Assembly (NCBI GenBank): GCA_025839675.1
Contig: CP104013.1
Span: 2,430,001 to 2,462,000 of the forward strand
Direction: 5' to 3'
Length of the DNA: 32,000 nucleotides
Origin: Candidatus Lokiarchaeum ossiferum
Lineage (GTDB): Archaea; Asgardarchaeota; Lokiarchaeia; Sigyniarchaeales; Promethearchaeaceae
Shown: positions 15,328 through 23,363 of the stretch, piece by piece
How the letters are laid out: each line of letters starts with the position of its first letter
Position numbering within the stretch: the first letter of the stretch is position 1
Position numbers and translations under genes: made by a program
The notes under the pieces: generated by a model
Told to the model about the DNA's origin: nothing
The model's database searches: none
What the model saw: only the letters and a program-made list of their open reading frames with translations

Positions 15328-16281
15328 ATGGTCACAATTGCAGATGGACGGTTTAGTCTACCGGATAATCTTCTATATACGAAAAATCAACATGTATATT
15401 TGAATAATGATAAAAAAACACTCGGATTAGATGAGATTGGTTATGCCTTCTTGCACAATCCAAATGAATTGAAAATTTTAGTTGAGGATGAAGTGAAAAT
15501 AGGGATTCCTTTCGCAGCAATTACCACAGATTCAGGAATGACAACATTGAATTCTCCATGCTCAGGAAAAATTAAGCAATTAAATCCTAACGCACTTGCC
15601 TCAATGAAAGATCATACCTATGAAACAGGATTTATCATTGAATTGGAAGAGATCACCGAAGTCCAACCAAATTTGGTAACGGGGTCTGAATTGCAAGAAT
15701 GGGGAAATAATGAAGTCAAAACTTTAGTCCGAAACAATTATTCCTTCAAGATCATTGAAATTGGCGATTCGGCAGTAGGAAAAACCGCAATAAAAGTGCG
15801 TTTTACTGATAACTATTTTAAAAAGGATCTAAAAACAACCTTAGGAGTGGATTTTGGTTCCAAAGAAATCAAGGGAGAGTATATTAGCAGCGATATTTTG
15901 TTCTCGGGCACTTATCGTTTCACGGCCAAAATGAATGTTTGGGATGCAGCCGGACAGGCCATGTATGACAAAATTCGAGGTATGTACTATCGAGATGCAA
16001 AGGGTGCACTTATGTGTTATGATGTACACAATCATTTATCCTTTGAACATTTAGAGAAGTGGCGAGAAGAGCTAGAAGAGAGTTTGGGAAAAGTACCTGT
16101 CCTTCTCGTTGGAAATAAGATTGATCTGGAACGAAAGGTCACCCGTCAAGAAGGTTTAGCTTATGCGATGAAGCATAATTACCTTTTTGTTGAGTGTTCT
16201 GCCAAAACAGGTGAAGGTGTTGATGACATGTTTAAACAGCTCGCCGTAGAGATATTCAAGCGGGAAGAAAAATTAGAGTAA
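15328..16281 (+). CDS. GcvH-like (glycine-cleavage H fold, no lipoyl lysine) N-terminal domain fused to a Rab-like small GTPase
   Basis: GTPase motifs: G1 GDSAVGKT, G2 TTLGVDF, G3 WDAAGQ, G4 GNKID, G5 CSAKTG. The N-terminal roughly 125 aa aligns by eye to GcvH: LLYTKNQHVY versus YSKEHEW, SPCSGKIKQLNPNAL versus APVSGEIVAVNDAL, and ETGFIIELE versus GGWIFKIK. The track start (TTG at 15313) is probably an extension, and the ATG at 15328 is preferred. There is no C-terminal Cys. Confidence 0.85.
   Translation: MVTIADGRFSLPDNLLYTKNQHVYLNNDKKTLGLDEIGYAFLHNPNELKILVEDEVKIGIPFAAITTDSGMTTLNSPCSGKIKQLNPNALASMKDHTYETGFIIELEEITEVQPNLVTGSELQEWGNNEVKTLVRNNYSFKIIEIGDSAVGKTAIKVRFTDNYFKKDLKTTLGVDFGSKEIKGEYISSDILFSGTYRFTAKMNVWDAAGQAMYDKIRGMYYRDAKGALMCYDVHNHLSFEHLEKWREELEESLGKVPVLLVGNKIDLERKVTRQEGLAYAMKHNYLFVECSAKTGEGVDDMFKQLAVEIFKREEKLE
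15346..15696 (+). other. GcvH-like hybrid-barrel domain; the position equivalent to the lipoyl lysine is Ser (codon 15532-15534)
   Basis: Counting 8 residues upstream of the conserved P in P-x-S-G gives ITTDSGMTTLNSP against E. coli AESVKAASDIYAP. This places D-S-G where V-K-A lies. Confidence 0.55.
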
Positions 16282-16303
16282 TCGGAGAAATAGGTGAAAA
16301 ATT

Positions 16304-16804
16304 GTGGTGAACGAGCTAATTTTTGAGCGATTTAAATCGAATAATTTAACCGACAGTCAGTGCCAGCTTGTTCAAAAAATTTTAAAGCACTATATTTTAG
16401 GAATTTTCATTTCTCGTTCTGGGGGGGATATTCTATATGATTTTCAGCTTGATGAAAGCATCAAGATTGATCTTATCTCCCACTTTATCGCAGCTCTTTC
16501 TATGTTCGGGGAAGAAAATGTAGGAAAAATCAAACGAATTTTCATTGAAGGACTAGATATTGAGATGAGTATTGTTCAGAAACACGATCTGGTAAGTGTT
16601 ACTTTTTTCCGTCCCAATATGGTCAAGGATTACCTAGAAGCGGAATCAAGTAAAGGATTAGATCTGTTTTACAATATGTTCGAAGAATCTATCAAAGCAG
16701 GCAAAAATAATAAAGCCATTTATGAAGGATTTGACGATCCTATGTGCCATTTGATTCAAGAATATTTGCAAAGATTAGGTATTTTAAAGGATAAAGAAAA
16801 ATAA
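16304..16804 (+). CDS. Roadblock/longin-like protein, putative GTPase partner 2 (paralog of the C-terminal domain of 3668-4492)
   Basis: 166 aa. It has a GTG start with AGGTGA (16292-16297) 6 nt upstream, only 22 nt after the GTPase stop, so it is likely co-transcribed. Shared blocks with the 3668-4492 protein are ISRSGGDILY, FIAALSMFGEENVGKI, LDIEMSI, KDYLE, KGLD-FY and QEYLQRLGIL. Confidence 0.7.
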   Translation: MVNELIFERFKSNNLTDSQCQLVQKILKHYILGIFISRSGGDILYDFQLDESIKIDLISHFIAALSMFGEENVGKIKRIFIEGLDIEMSIVQKHDLVSVTFFRPNMVKDYLEAESSKGLDLFYNMFEESIKAGKNNKAIYEGFDDPMCHLIQEYLQRLGILKDKEK

Positions 16805-16808
16805 TATA

Positions 16809-16815
16809 TTTTTTT
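16809..16815 (+). terminator. Oligo-T tract after GTPase module 2
   Basis: T(7) begins 5 nt after the stop at 16804. Confidence 0.4.
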
Positions 16816-17019
16816 GCTAACCATTAGAACCATTGCTCTTTTATAATTGGTTTCAGGGGGAAGCTGAATATATTTGGAAAAATTTAGCGTGTTTGCATGT
16901 ATGAAATAAATTTGAATTGATCAGCTTTTTGCTCAAATTTGTGGTGTTTAACATGTTCGTCTTGATCATGACACAACAGACCAAAACACTTATTAATTGA
17001 AGATCTGTAATTGGATTAC

Positions 17020-17373
17020 ATGATTAAAACAACCTATCGATTTAGTAATAGAACAAAAAAACGTAAATTTTCAGTATGGAGAAGTATATGTGCTCTTGGA
17101 ATTTTGATAGGTTTAGGATTGGTTCTATTGTATGTGTCTAAATGGACTAATTTTAGTATCACTCTTGATGAGGAAAAATATGAACCTTATCGCACCGAAG
17201 GAGTGAATAATGAAACGATTGAAGAATTGAAAGAAAATTATGAAAACTATTGGAGACCAATCATCAATATTACTTTACCAGTAGGTATCGTCTTATTTTT
17301 CGGGTGTTTCTTTGTTGGTAATTATGTTCTTGTTAAAATTTTTGTTTCTGACAAATCAAAATCTTTTGCCTAA
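17020..17373 (+). CDS. Small membrane protein (two predicted TM helices), unknown function
   Basis: Hydrophobic segments are ICALGILIGLGLVLLYV and ITLPVGIVLFFGCFFVGNYVLVKIF. The track start at 17011 is TTG, and the first ATG is at 17020. Confidence 0.45.
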   Translation: MIKTTYRFSNRTKKRKFSVWRSICALGILIGLGLVLLYVSKWTNFSITLDEEKYEPYRTEGVNNETIEELKENYENYWRPIINITLPVGIVLFFGCFFVGNYVLVKIFVSDKSKSFA

Positions 17374-17450
17374 GATATTTTTTCAATTAAAATTTTGAAT
17401 TTTCATGTAAAAATTTGTAATTTTTTTCAAAATCTTTGTAAAAACATAAT

Positions 17451-18170
17451 ATGAAGGTCTCGAAATTCCAAATTTGGTTCATGGATCATCTCGAACGTTT
17501 GCAGAATCAACATGTAGAAATTCGACAATTAATAGTGGAGTTACTTTCCTTAACAAAAAAAGCAAATACAAATAAAAATGCAGAGGAAATTGCACTTATT
17601 TTAGGAAGAATTTCGGGACGATTCAAATTGAACCATACTATGGAAAGCAAGAGTGTTTACCAATACCTAATGGATTCTCATGACACGCAAAAAATGAAAA
17701 TTGCGAAGACATTTTTAAGTGAAATGGAGAATTTAATGACCGAATTTGCCCAATATCGAAAAAATTATCGATTAAGTTATGATATTAAAGCCAATATGCC
17801 ACAATTTAAGAAAATCAGCGAAATTATTTTTCGGAAGATTGAAATCCGATTAAATCAAGAAGATAATACTTTATATCCCTTGGTTGATGAAGAGAAACTT
17901 GATATGAAAATACATAATGCAATCCAATCAACAAAAAGGATTGGACAACATGGAACACCTAAACGGGAGATTTTTCCCGAAAATGAAGAAGACTATCAAA
18001 AGATAGAACTCACTCAAGAACAACTAAAACTCGAGCAACCCATTCGTATTTCATTAGTAAATTCAAAGATTTCGTCAAATCCAATAAAAAAAAACGCAGT
18101 GAATGAATTTATGGAAGAATTGAAAGAAATTGACAGAAAAGATTCCGAAAAAACAAAAACAAATAAGTAA
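17451..18170 (+). CDS. Helical protein with weak hemerythrin/HHE-like features and a Lys/Glu-rich tail
   Basis: DH..L....H..I at the N-terminus, NHTMESKSVYQYL (H-x2-E...Y..L) and RLNQEDNTLYPLV (E-D-x-x-L-Y-P) resemble HHE cation-binding repeats. Several expected His residues are missing, so the call is weak. Confidence 0.35.
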   Translation: MKVSKFQIWFMDHLERLQNQHVEIRQLIVELLSLTKKANTNKNAEEIALILGRISGRFKLNHTMESKSVYQYLMDSHDTQKMKIAKTFLSEMENLMTEFAQYRKNYRLSYDIKANMPQFKKISEIIFRKIEIRLNQEDNTLYPLVDEEKLDMKIHNAIQSTKRIGQHGTPKREIFPENEEDYQKIELTQEQLKLEQPIRISLVNSKISSNPIKKNAVNEFMEELKEIDRKDSEKTKTNK

Positions 18171-18372
18171 ATATAAATTTGAAATAAAATTGATGTTTTC
18201 TCGAATTTTTCCAAACTATCGGTAAAATAGAATTAGTTGAGCCTTTTTTAGACAACTATTGAGAATATTAGATTTGATTCTGAGAGAATTTAAAGAATTA
18301 TTAATCGTTAGTAGCAGAAAAATTTTCTTTAAATGATCATTTATATAAATAATCAAACACCTATTTATATGT

Positions 18373-19644
18373 ATGATGTTTAGAAATTTCATTAAGGCTG
18401 CTCCCGATTATCTATCCCTTAAATTGAGTGATTTTATAGGCCATTTCATAAATTTAAAAACAACAGATACTTTTAAAAATTGGATTCAATATGCTGATTA
18501 TTCAAAATTGATGGGGTATTCATGTAGATCCCTTTTTGAAACATGCATGAGGTTTTTAGAGAAAAAAGACCTCGTAGTCGCAACCACACCCCTTCATCAT
18601 ACCTCATTTCGAAATATTATAGAATTACATGTTCAACCCGAAAATCTTCACATCATACCGTTTAATGATACTTATAATGGATTAGGAACTCTTCCCAAAT
18701 TGGACCGGTGCGATATAATCGTAGTAACACATCTCTTTGGACAAGACTTAAATCTCACTTCCTTATTGGAATTCAAGAAAAAACATAATTGCATCATCAT
18801 AGAAGACCGAGTACAAGGGGGAACCTTGGATTTAAAATTCAGTCATGATGTAGTAGATATTGCGCTCTATTCCATGGCAATGGATAAACGACCTATTGCT
18901 TTGGGAGGAGGAATCATGCACATTAGAAATAATTTTCGGGAAATCATCAAATATGTGCGGGAATCAGTCATGGATCTCCCCCTCGAACAGGTTGCAAGTA
19001 GAAAGAAAGAATTACTAAAAAAAATCCCCACATATCTTCTCTATAACAGCAGACCTTTTCTTTATTTATTTATTAATATCGTAAACTTACTCAATCGGTT
19101 CAATAATGACATTAACTTGTTAAATATCACTCAATCTTATCGCAAATCAAATCCAGGATTCAGCCATAACGATTTTATGTTGCAACCATCCAATTCTCTT
19201 TTGAAATCGATGCATGAAAATCTTGGTAATTACTCCTTTATGGAAGAAAATTACGCAAAAAAATCGTTATACTTTATGAACTGTCTACCCGCAGAAGTCC
19301 GAAAGTTCTTTTTCCCTTGGTTCAAAGGTAATGCCAGTTTAACACCCTATAATACCATCCAAGTTCCAGAATCTTCAATTAAACATTTTCTTCAATACTT
19401 TAATGATCACAATATGTCTGTAATTACCAATCCTACATACAAACTTTTTAACTTTCCAAATAAGTTTAGCCAAAAGGATGAACAATTCAATAATGGAATT
19501 ATATATCTCCCTTCAGTAGCGAATATGAAGAAATTTGAAATTCGATATTTAGCGAGTTATATCGTTAATTTTTATATGACATATATTTCCGCCCCTTCAA
19601 AAAGTAAAACCGAAAAAATAACTCCAATTCAAGTGATTTCGTGA
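18373..19644 (+). CDS. DegT/DnrJ/EryC1-like fold-type-I PLP-dependent enzyme (divergent)
   Basis: Three blocks align by eye to sugar aminotransferases such as ArnB. DLVVATTPLHHTSFRNII matches DEVITPSMTWVST. DIIVVTHLFGQDLNLTSLLEFKKKHNCIIIEDRVQGG matches KAIIPVHYAG...IPVIEDAAHA. DIALYSMAMDKRPIALGGGIM matches AIFSFHAIKNITCAEGGIV. Lys172 falls at the Schiff-base position. Confidence 0.6.
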   Translation: MMFRNFIKAAPDYLSLKLSDFIGHFINLKTTDTFKNWIQYADYSKLMGYSCRSLFETCMRFLEKKDLVVATTPLHHTSFRNIIELHVQPENLHIIPFNDTYNGLGTLPKLDRCDIIVVTHLFGQDLNLTSLLEFKKKHNCIIIEDRVQGGTLDLKFSHDVVDIALYSMAMDKRPIALGGGIMHIRNNFREIIKYVRESVMDLPLEQVASRKKELLKKIPTYLLYNSRPFLYLFINIVNLLNRFNNDINLLNITQSYRKSNPGFSHNDFMLQPSNSLLKSMHENLGNYSFMEENYAKKSLYFMNCLPAEVRKFFFPWFKGNASLTPYNTIQVPESSIKHFLQYFNDHNMSVITNPTYKLFNFPNKFSQKDEQFNNGIIYLPSVANMKKFEIRYLASYIVNFYMTYISAPSKSKTEKITPIQVIS

Positions 19645-19690
19645 ATTTTACTTAACCCTTCACACTTTTAAAATACCGATAAAACAGTAA

Positions 19691-20581
19691 ATGATAACTA
19701 TGGATCACCTTGAACGACTTGAAAATAAAAGTATACACATAATGCGAGAAGCCTATAATCAATTTAAAAATCTGGGAATGCTCTGGTCAATTGGTAAAGA
19801 TTCGACAGTTCTTCTCTGGTTAGCCCGAAAGGCCTTCTTTGGACATGTCCCTTTCCCGCTTGTACACATTGATACAGGTTATAAAATTCCTGAAATGATC
19901 GAGCATCGGGATCGATTAGCAAAAGAGTGGAATCTCGATATGGTCTATGGACAAAACCGAACAGCATTAAATGAAAAGCAAACCTTTCCAGATGGGACAA
20001 CAACCCATTTAGATTGTTGTAAACTCCTAAAAACCCAAGCATTAGAAAATACTTTGAATGGAAAATGGCCCAGATACCGCATGAACCATAAGAAATCTCA
20101 ATATGAAATCGATTCAAACAATGAAGCCTTCGAGGGAATCATTGTAGGAGTGAGAGCCGATGAAGAAGGCAGCCGCTCCAAAGAACGGTATTTCTCCCCA
20201 CGGAATACACACAATGACTGGATCATTGAAGATCAACCTCCAGAATTTTGGAACCAATATAAAACAGACTTCCACCCGGGAACTCATATCAGAGTCCATC
20301 CTCTTTTAGATTGGACCGAGTTAGACATATGGGAATATATAGAACGAGAGAATATACCAATGGTTTCCCTTTATTTTGACAAGGGGGAAGGGAAAAGATA
20401 TCGATCCTTGGGTTGTTGGCCATGTACTAAGCCTGTAGATTCCCACGCAGCCAACGTTCATCAAATTATTGCTGAATTGAAAACAGGTAAGTTTGTAAAT
20501 ATTGCTGAAAGGGACGGTCGGGCCCAAGATAAAGAAGATGGCGGCGGTTTGGAAGTTTTACGCCGCGATGGGTATATGTAA
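19691..20581 (+). CDS. cysD: Sulfate adenylyltransferase subunit 2
   Basis: [16 protein letters not shown] is present, with a PP-loop-type [12 protein letters not shown], and C-terminal [11 protein letters not shown] followed by [10 protein letters not shown]. This is typical of CysD. Confidence 0.9.
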   Translation: MITMDHLERLENKSIHIMREAYNQFKNLGMLWSIGKDSTVLLWLARKAFFGHVPFPLVHIDTGYKIPEMIEHRDRLAKEWNLDMVYGQNRTALNEKQTFPDGTTTHLDCCKLLKTQALENTLNGKWPRYRMNHKKSQYEIDSNNEAFEGIIVGVRADEEGSRSKERYFSPRNTHNDWIIEDQPPEFWNQYKTDFHPGTHIRVHPLLDWTELDIWEYIERENIPMVSLYFDKGEGKRYRSLGCWPCTKPVDSHAANVHQIIAELKTGKFVNIAERDGRAQDKEDGGGLEVLRRDGYM

Positions 20582-20594
20582 CTGAGGAATAGAA

Positions 20595-22445
20595 ATGACA
20601 CAACCATATATTGACACTAATTACACCGAAAATACAAAGGATCTAGAAGAAGAAATAAGTGATCGCATGAATATTGCGATTGTAGGTCATGTAGATCATG
20701 GAAAAAGTACAATCATTGGTAGATTGCTCGCAGATACCAAATCATTACCTCAAGGAAAGCTAGAACAAATAAAGGAGCGATGTAAAAGGAATTCTAAGCC
20801 GTTTGAATATTCATTCTTACTGGATGCTTTAAAGGACGAACAAGCGCAAGGTATCACAATAGATACAGCACGGGTTTTTTTCAATAGTGAAAAAAGAAAA
20901 TACATCATTTTAGACACCCCTGGACATATAGAATTCCTTCGAAATGTCGTAACGGGTGCATCTCGCGCCGAAGCAGCATTGCTAATTATAGATGCCCATG
21001 AAGGAATTCAAGAAAACTCCAAACGTTATTGCTACATGATTTCTCTCTTAGGAATTAAAAAGATTTCCATAGTTGTTAACAAAATGGATCTGATTGATTA
21101 CTCTGAAACAAAGTTCCTTAATATTGTTCACGAATATCAACAATTCTTAGATAAAATTCAAGTCACTCCTTTAAGTTTCATACCAGTAAGTGGAAAATTG
21201 GGTGACAATGTTGCATCTAATTCTGAGAATATTCCATGGTACAAAGGACCTTCCATCCTATCCCAATTAGATATGTTTATAGGGGAAAAAATTCCTGAAG
21301 ATCAAAATTTCCGAATGTCTGTGCAAGATGTGTACAAATTTACAGAAAATAATGATAAACGAAGAATTGTTGCAGGAACTATCGAATCAGGAGCTATTTC
21401 AGTAGGTGAGGAGGTAGTGTTTCTTCCCTCAGGAAAAACGAGTAAAATTCAAAGTATTGAGGGATTCAACACTTCTACAAAAAAAACTATAACAGCCGGT
21501 TATGCTACAGGTTTTACGATTGCCGATCATCTTTATATTAAAAGAGGTCAAATTATGGCTCGATCGGATCAAAATCAACCCCATGTAGCAAATAATATTG
21601 TTGTTGATCTATTTTGGTTAGGAAAATTACCGCTCCAGTATGAAAAAGAATACTTTATAAAGATAGGTGCTCAAAAAGTGCCTTTTACCCTCCAAAAAAT
21701 TCGTAGAGTTATAGATGCAACCAATTTGAATTTTGAAGAAAAGCCAGAAATTCATAGAAATGAAGTTGCAGAGTGTGAATTTTTGTTAAAAGAACCGATC
21801 GCATTTGATTTAACTCATGAATTGTTATTAACCAGTCGTTTCGTTATCGTGGATGATTTCGAAATAGCAGGTGGAGGGATAATCTCCGACATCATTAACA
21901 ATTCAACAGAAAAAACCAAAAAAACGAATGAAAATCTAAGTTTTGCATGGGAACGAAGTAGGATTGGTATGGATGATCGTGCAGAGCGATATAATCAAAA
22001 ATCAAGCTTGATATTAATAACTGGAGGCAAAGAAAGCCGAAAGAAGGAGATAGCCAAAGCACTTGAAAAAGAACTGTTTTCTCAAGGCAAATTTGTTTAT
22101 CATATGGGAATAGGACATTTGCTTTATGGATTAGATGAAAGTGTTAGATTGAATACAATTAATAATACTGACAACCACATCAGCAGACTTGCGGAAATTG
22201 CCAATATTATGTTAGATTCTGGCTGTATTTTAATTGTTACTGCAAGATCATTGAACCAATCAGACCTAGAACTCTTAAGAAAAACACTAATTGTGCCCGA
22301 AAAATTGATTAGTGTGTGGATAGGTAATGTGGTTTTTACTGATATCAAGGTAGATTACCATCTATTTAACTTCCAGCGGATTAAACGGGGAGTAAAAAGG
22401 TTAAAACAAATCTTGCAAGACAAAGGAATTATTTTCAAAATATAA
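20595..22445 (+). CDS. cysN: Sulfate adenylyltransferase subunit 1 (GTPase) fused to a degenerate APS-kinase-like C-terminal domain
   Basis: G1 is [10 protein letters not shown]3 is DTPGH and G4 is NKMD. GAGGA lies 6 nt upstream of the ATG, 13 nt after the cysD stop. The C-terminal roughly 170 aa is homologous to CysC, but the Walker A and DGD motifs are not conserved (see finding). Confidence 0.9.
   Translation: MTQPYIDTNYTENTKDLEEEISDRMNIAIVGHVDHGKSTIIGRLLADTKSLPQGKLEQIKERCKRNSKPFEYSFLLDALKDEQAQGITIDTARVFFNSEKRKYIILDTPGHIEFLRNVVTGASRAEAALLIIDAHEGIQENSKRYCYMISLLGIKKISIVVNKMDLIDYSETKFLNIVHEYQQFLDKIQVTPLSFIPVSGKLGDNVASNSENIPWYKGPSILSQLDMFIGEKIPEDQNFRMSVQDVYKFTENNDKRRIVAGTIESGAISVGEEVVFLPSGKTSKIQSIEGFNTSTKKTITAGYATGFTIADHLYIKRGQIMARSDQNQPHVANNIVVDLFWLGKLPLQYEKEYFIKIGAQKVPFTLQKIRRVIDATNLNFEEKPEIHRNEVAECEFLLKEPIAFDLTHELLLTSRFVIVDDFEIAGGGIISDIINNSTEKTKKTNENLSFAWERSRIGMDDRAERYNQKSSLILITGGKESRKKEIAKALEKELFSQGKFVYHMGIGHLLYGLDESVRLNTINNTDNHISRLAEIANIMLDSGCILIVTARSLNQSDLELLRKTLIVPEKLISVWIGNVVFTDIKVDYHLFNFQRIKRGVKRLKQILQDKGIIFKI
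21942..22445 (+). other. APS-kinase-like domain with a non-canonical P-loop
   Basis: [22 protein letters not shown] aligns with Cys[34 protein letters not shown] aligns with [18 protein letters not shown] aligns with LTAFISP. Overall collinearity with E. coli CysC is clear, while the catalytic motifs are substituted. Confidence 0.6.
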
Positions 22446-22448
22446 GTC

Positions 22449-22458
22449 TTTTTTTTTT
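22449..22458 (+). terminator. T(10) tract between cysN and cysH (possible terminator or attenuation point)
   Basis: The T run starts 4 nt after the cysN stop and ends 11 nt before the cysH ATG. Confidence 0.3.
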
Positions 22459-22469
22459 GATAAAATAGG

Positions 22470-23285
22470 ATGCAACCAAATATGTCAACAGAAAAAACTC
22501 AATACGCTCTAAATTTATTAGAATCAGCATTTATTAATACAAAACCACGAGGTGTAGGATGTTCTTTTGGGAAAGATAGTGTTACCGCTGTTCATTTAGC
22601 ACGACGAATCGATCCAAATATTCCTGTATTTTCGATTATGACAATTTTCAAACCTAAAGAGACTTTTGAATATTTAGTGGAAATCAACCGTCTTCTGAAT
22701 TTAGATGTCTTGGTATATATGGTAGCCGAACGGGTTCCACAAATATTAATTGATAATGGAATAAAAGTGGAATTATTATCTCCAGATAATTTTCGAGAAG
22801 CTCAAGGAACTCATGAGAATTTCTTACATACTGAAGATGTTGACCGATGTTGTCATCTCCTCAAAGTGGTTCCGATTCAAAAAGCAGTGGCGAATTATGA
22901 CGTATTGATCGATGGACTTCGAAGTTCAGAAGGAATCACTCGTCAAAATTTGCAAGAAATTGAAATAACTGGAGACCTAACAAAAATTCATCCAATTCTC
23001 CACTTTACAGAAGAAGATATATTTGAATATCTCAAAAAAAATGACATCCCTATTCATCCATGGTATTTGAAAACGTTTCCAGATGGGAAACGTTATCGAT
23101 CTTTAGGTTGTGCCCCTTGTACACGACCAATTTTTGATCATGAATCAGAACGCGATGGGCGGTGGCAAGGAAGTAAAAAAGAAGGCGGTGAATGCGGAAT
23201 ACACACAAATCAAATTAAACCTTCAAAACAGAATATCCCCCTTCAAAAAACTTTTGTGATGGAAAAACAGGATTATAATTGCTAG
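22470..23285 (+). CDS. cysH: Phosphoadenosine/adenosine phosphosulfate reductase family, Fe-S (APS reductase-type) variant
   Basis: It has a PP-loop-like CSFGKDSVTAVHL and the C-terminal catalytic motif ECGIH. It also carries the CC (DRCCHL) plus CxxC (LGCAPCT) cysteines that ligate the [4Fe-4S] cluster in assimilatory APS reductases. These are absent from E. coli-type PAPS reductase. Confidence 0.8.
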   Translation: MQPNMSTEKTQYALNLLESAFINTKPRGVGCSFGKDSVTAVHLARRIDPNIPVFSIMTIFKPKETFEYLVEINRLLNLDVLVYMVAERVPQILIDNGIKVELLSPDNFREAQGTHENFLHTEDVDRCCHLLKVVPIQKAVANYDVLIDGLRSSEGITRQNLQEIEITGDLTKIHPILHFTEEDIFEYLKKNDIPIHPWYLKTFPDGKRYRSLGCAPCTRPIFDHESERDGRWQGSKKEGGECGIHTNQIKPSKQNIPLQKTFVMEKQDYNC

Positions 23286-23363
23286 TTTCTTTATAACCCC
23301 TTTATGTCATCATGATTGATCAATTTTTCCAAATGTTGAATTTAATGAGAAAAGCTAAGTAAA

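Noticed and set aside
17481-17501. The heptapeptide MDHLERL is shared between the 17451-18170 ORF and the N-terminus of CysD (19700-19720). This hinted at a partial duplication.
   Set aside because: Similarity does not extend convincingly beyond about 15 residues. The nucleotide sequences differ at many synonymous sites, and the rest of the proteins are unrelated. It is most likely coincidence.
21942-22445. Straightforward annotation of 20595-22445 as a bifunctional CysN/CysC (sulfate adenylyltransferase plus active APS kinase).
   Set aside because: Domain homology to CysC is clear, but the P-loop, DGD and FISP motifs are substituted. I report it as a probable non-catalytic kinase-like domain instead, pending a profile alignment.
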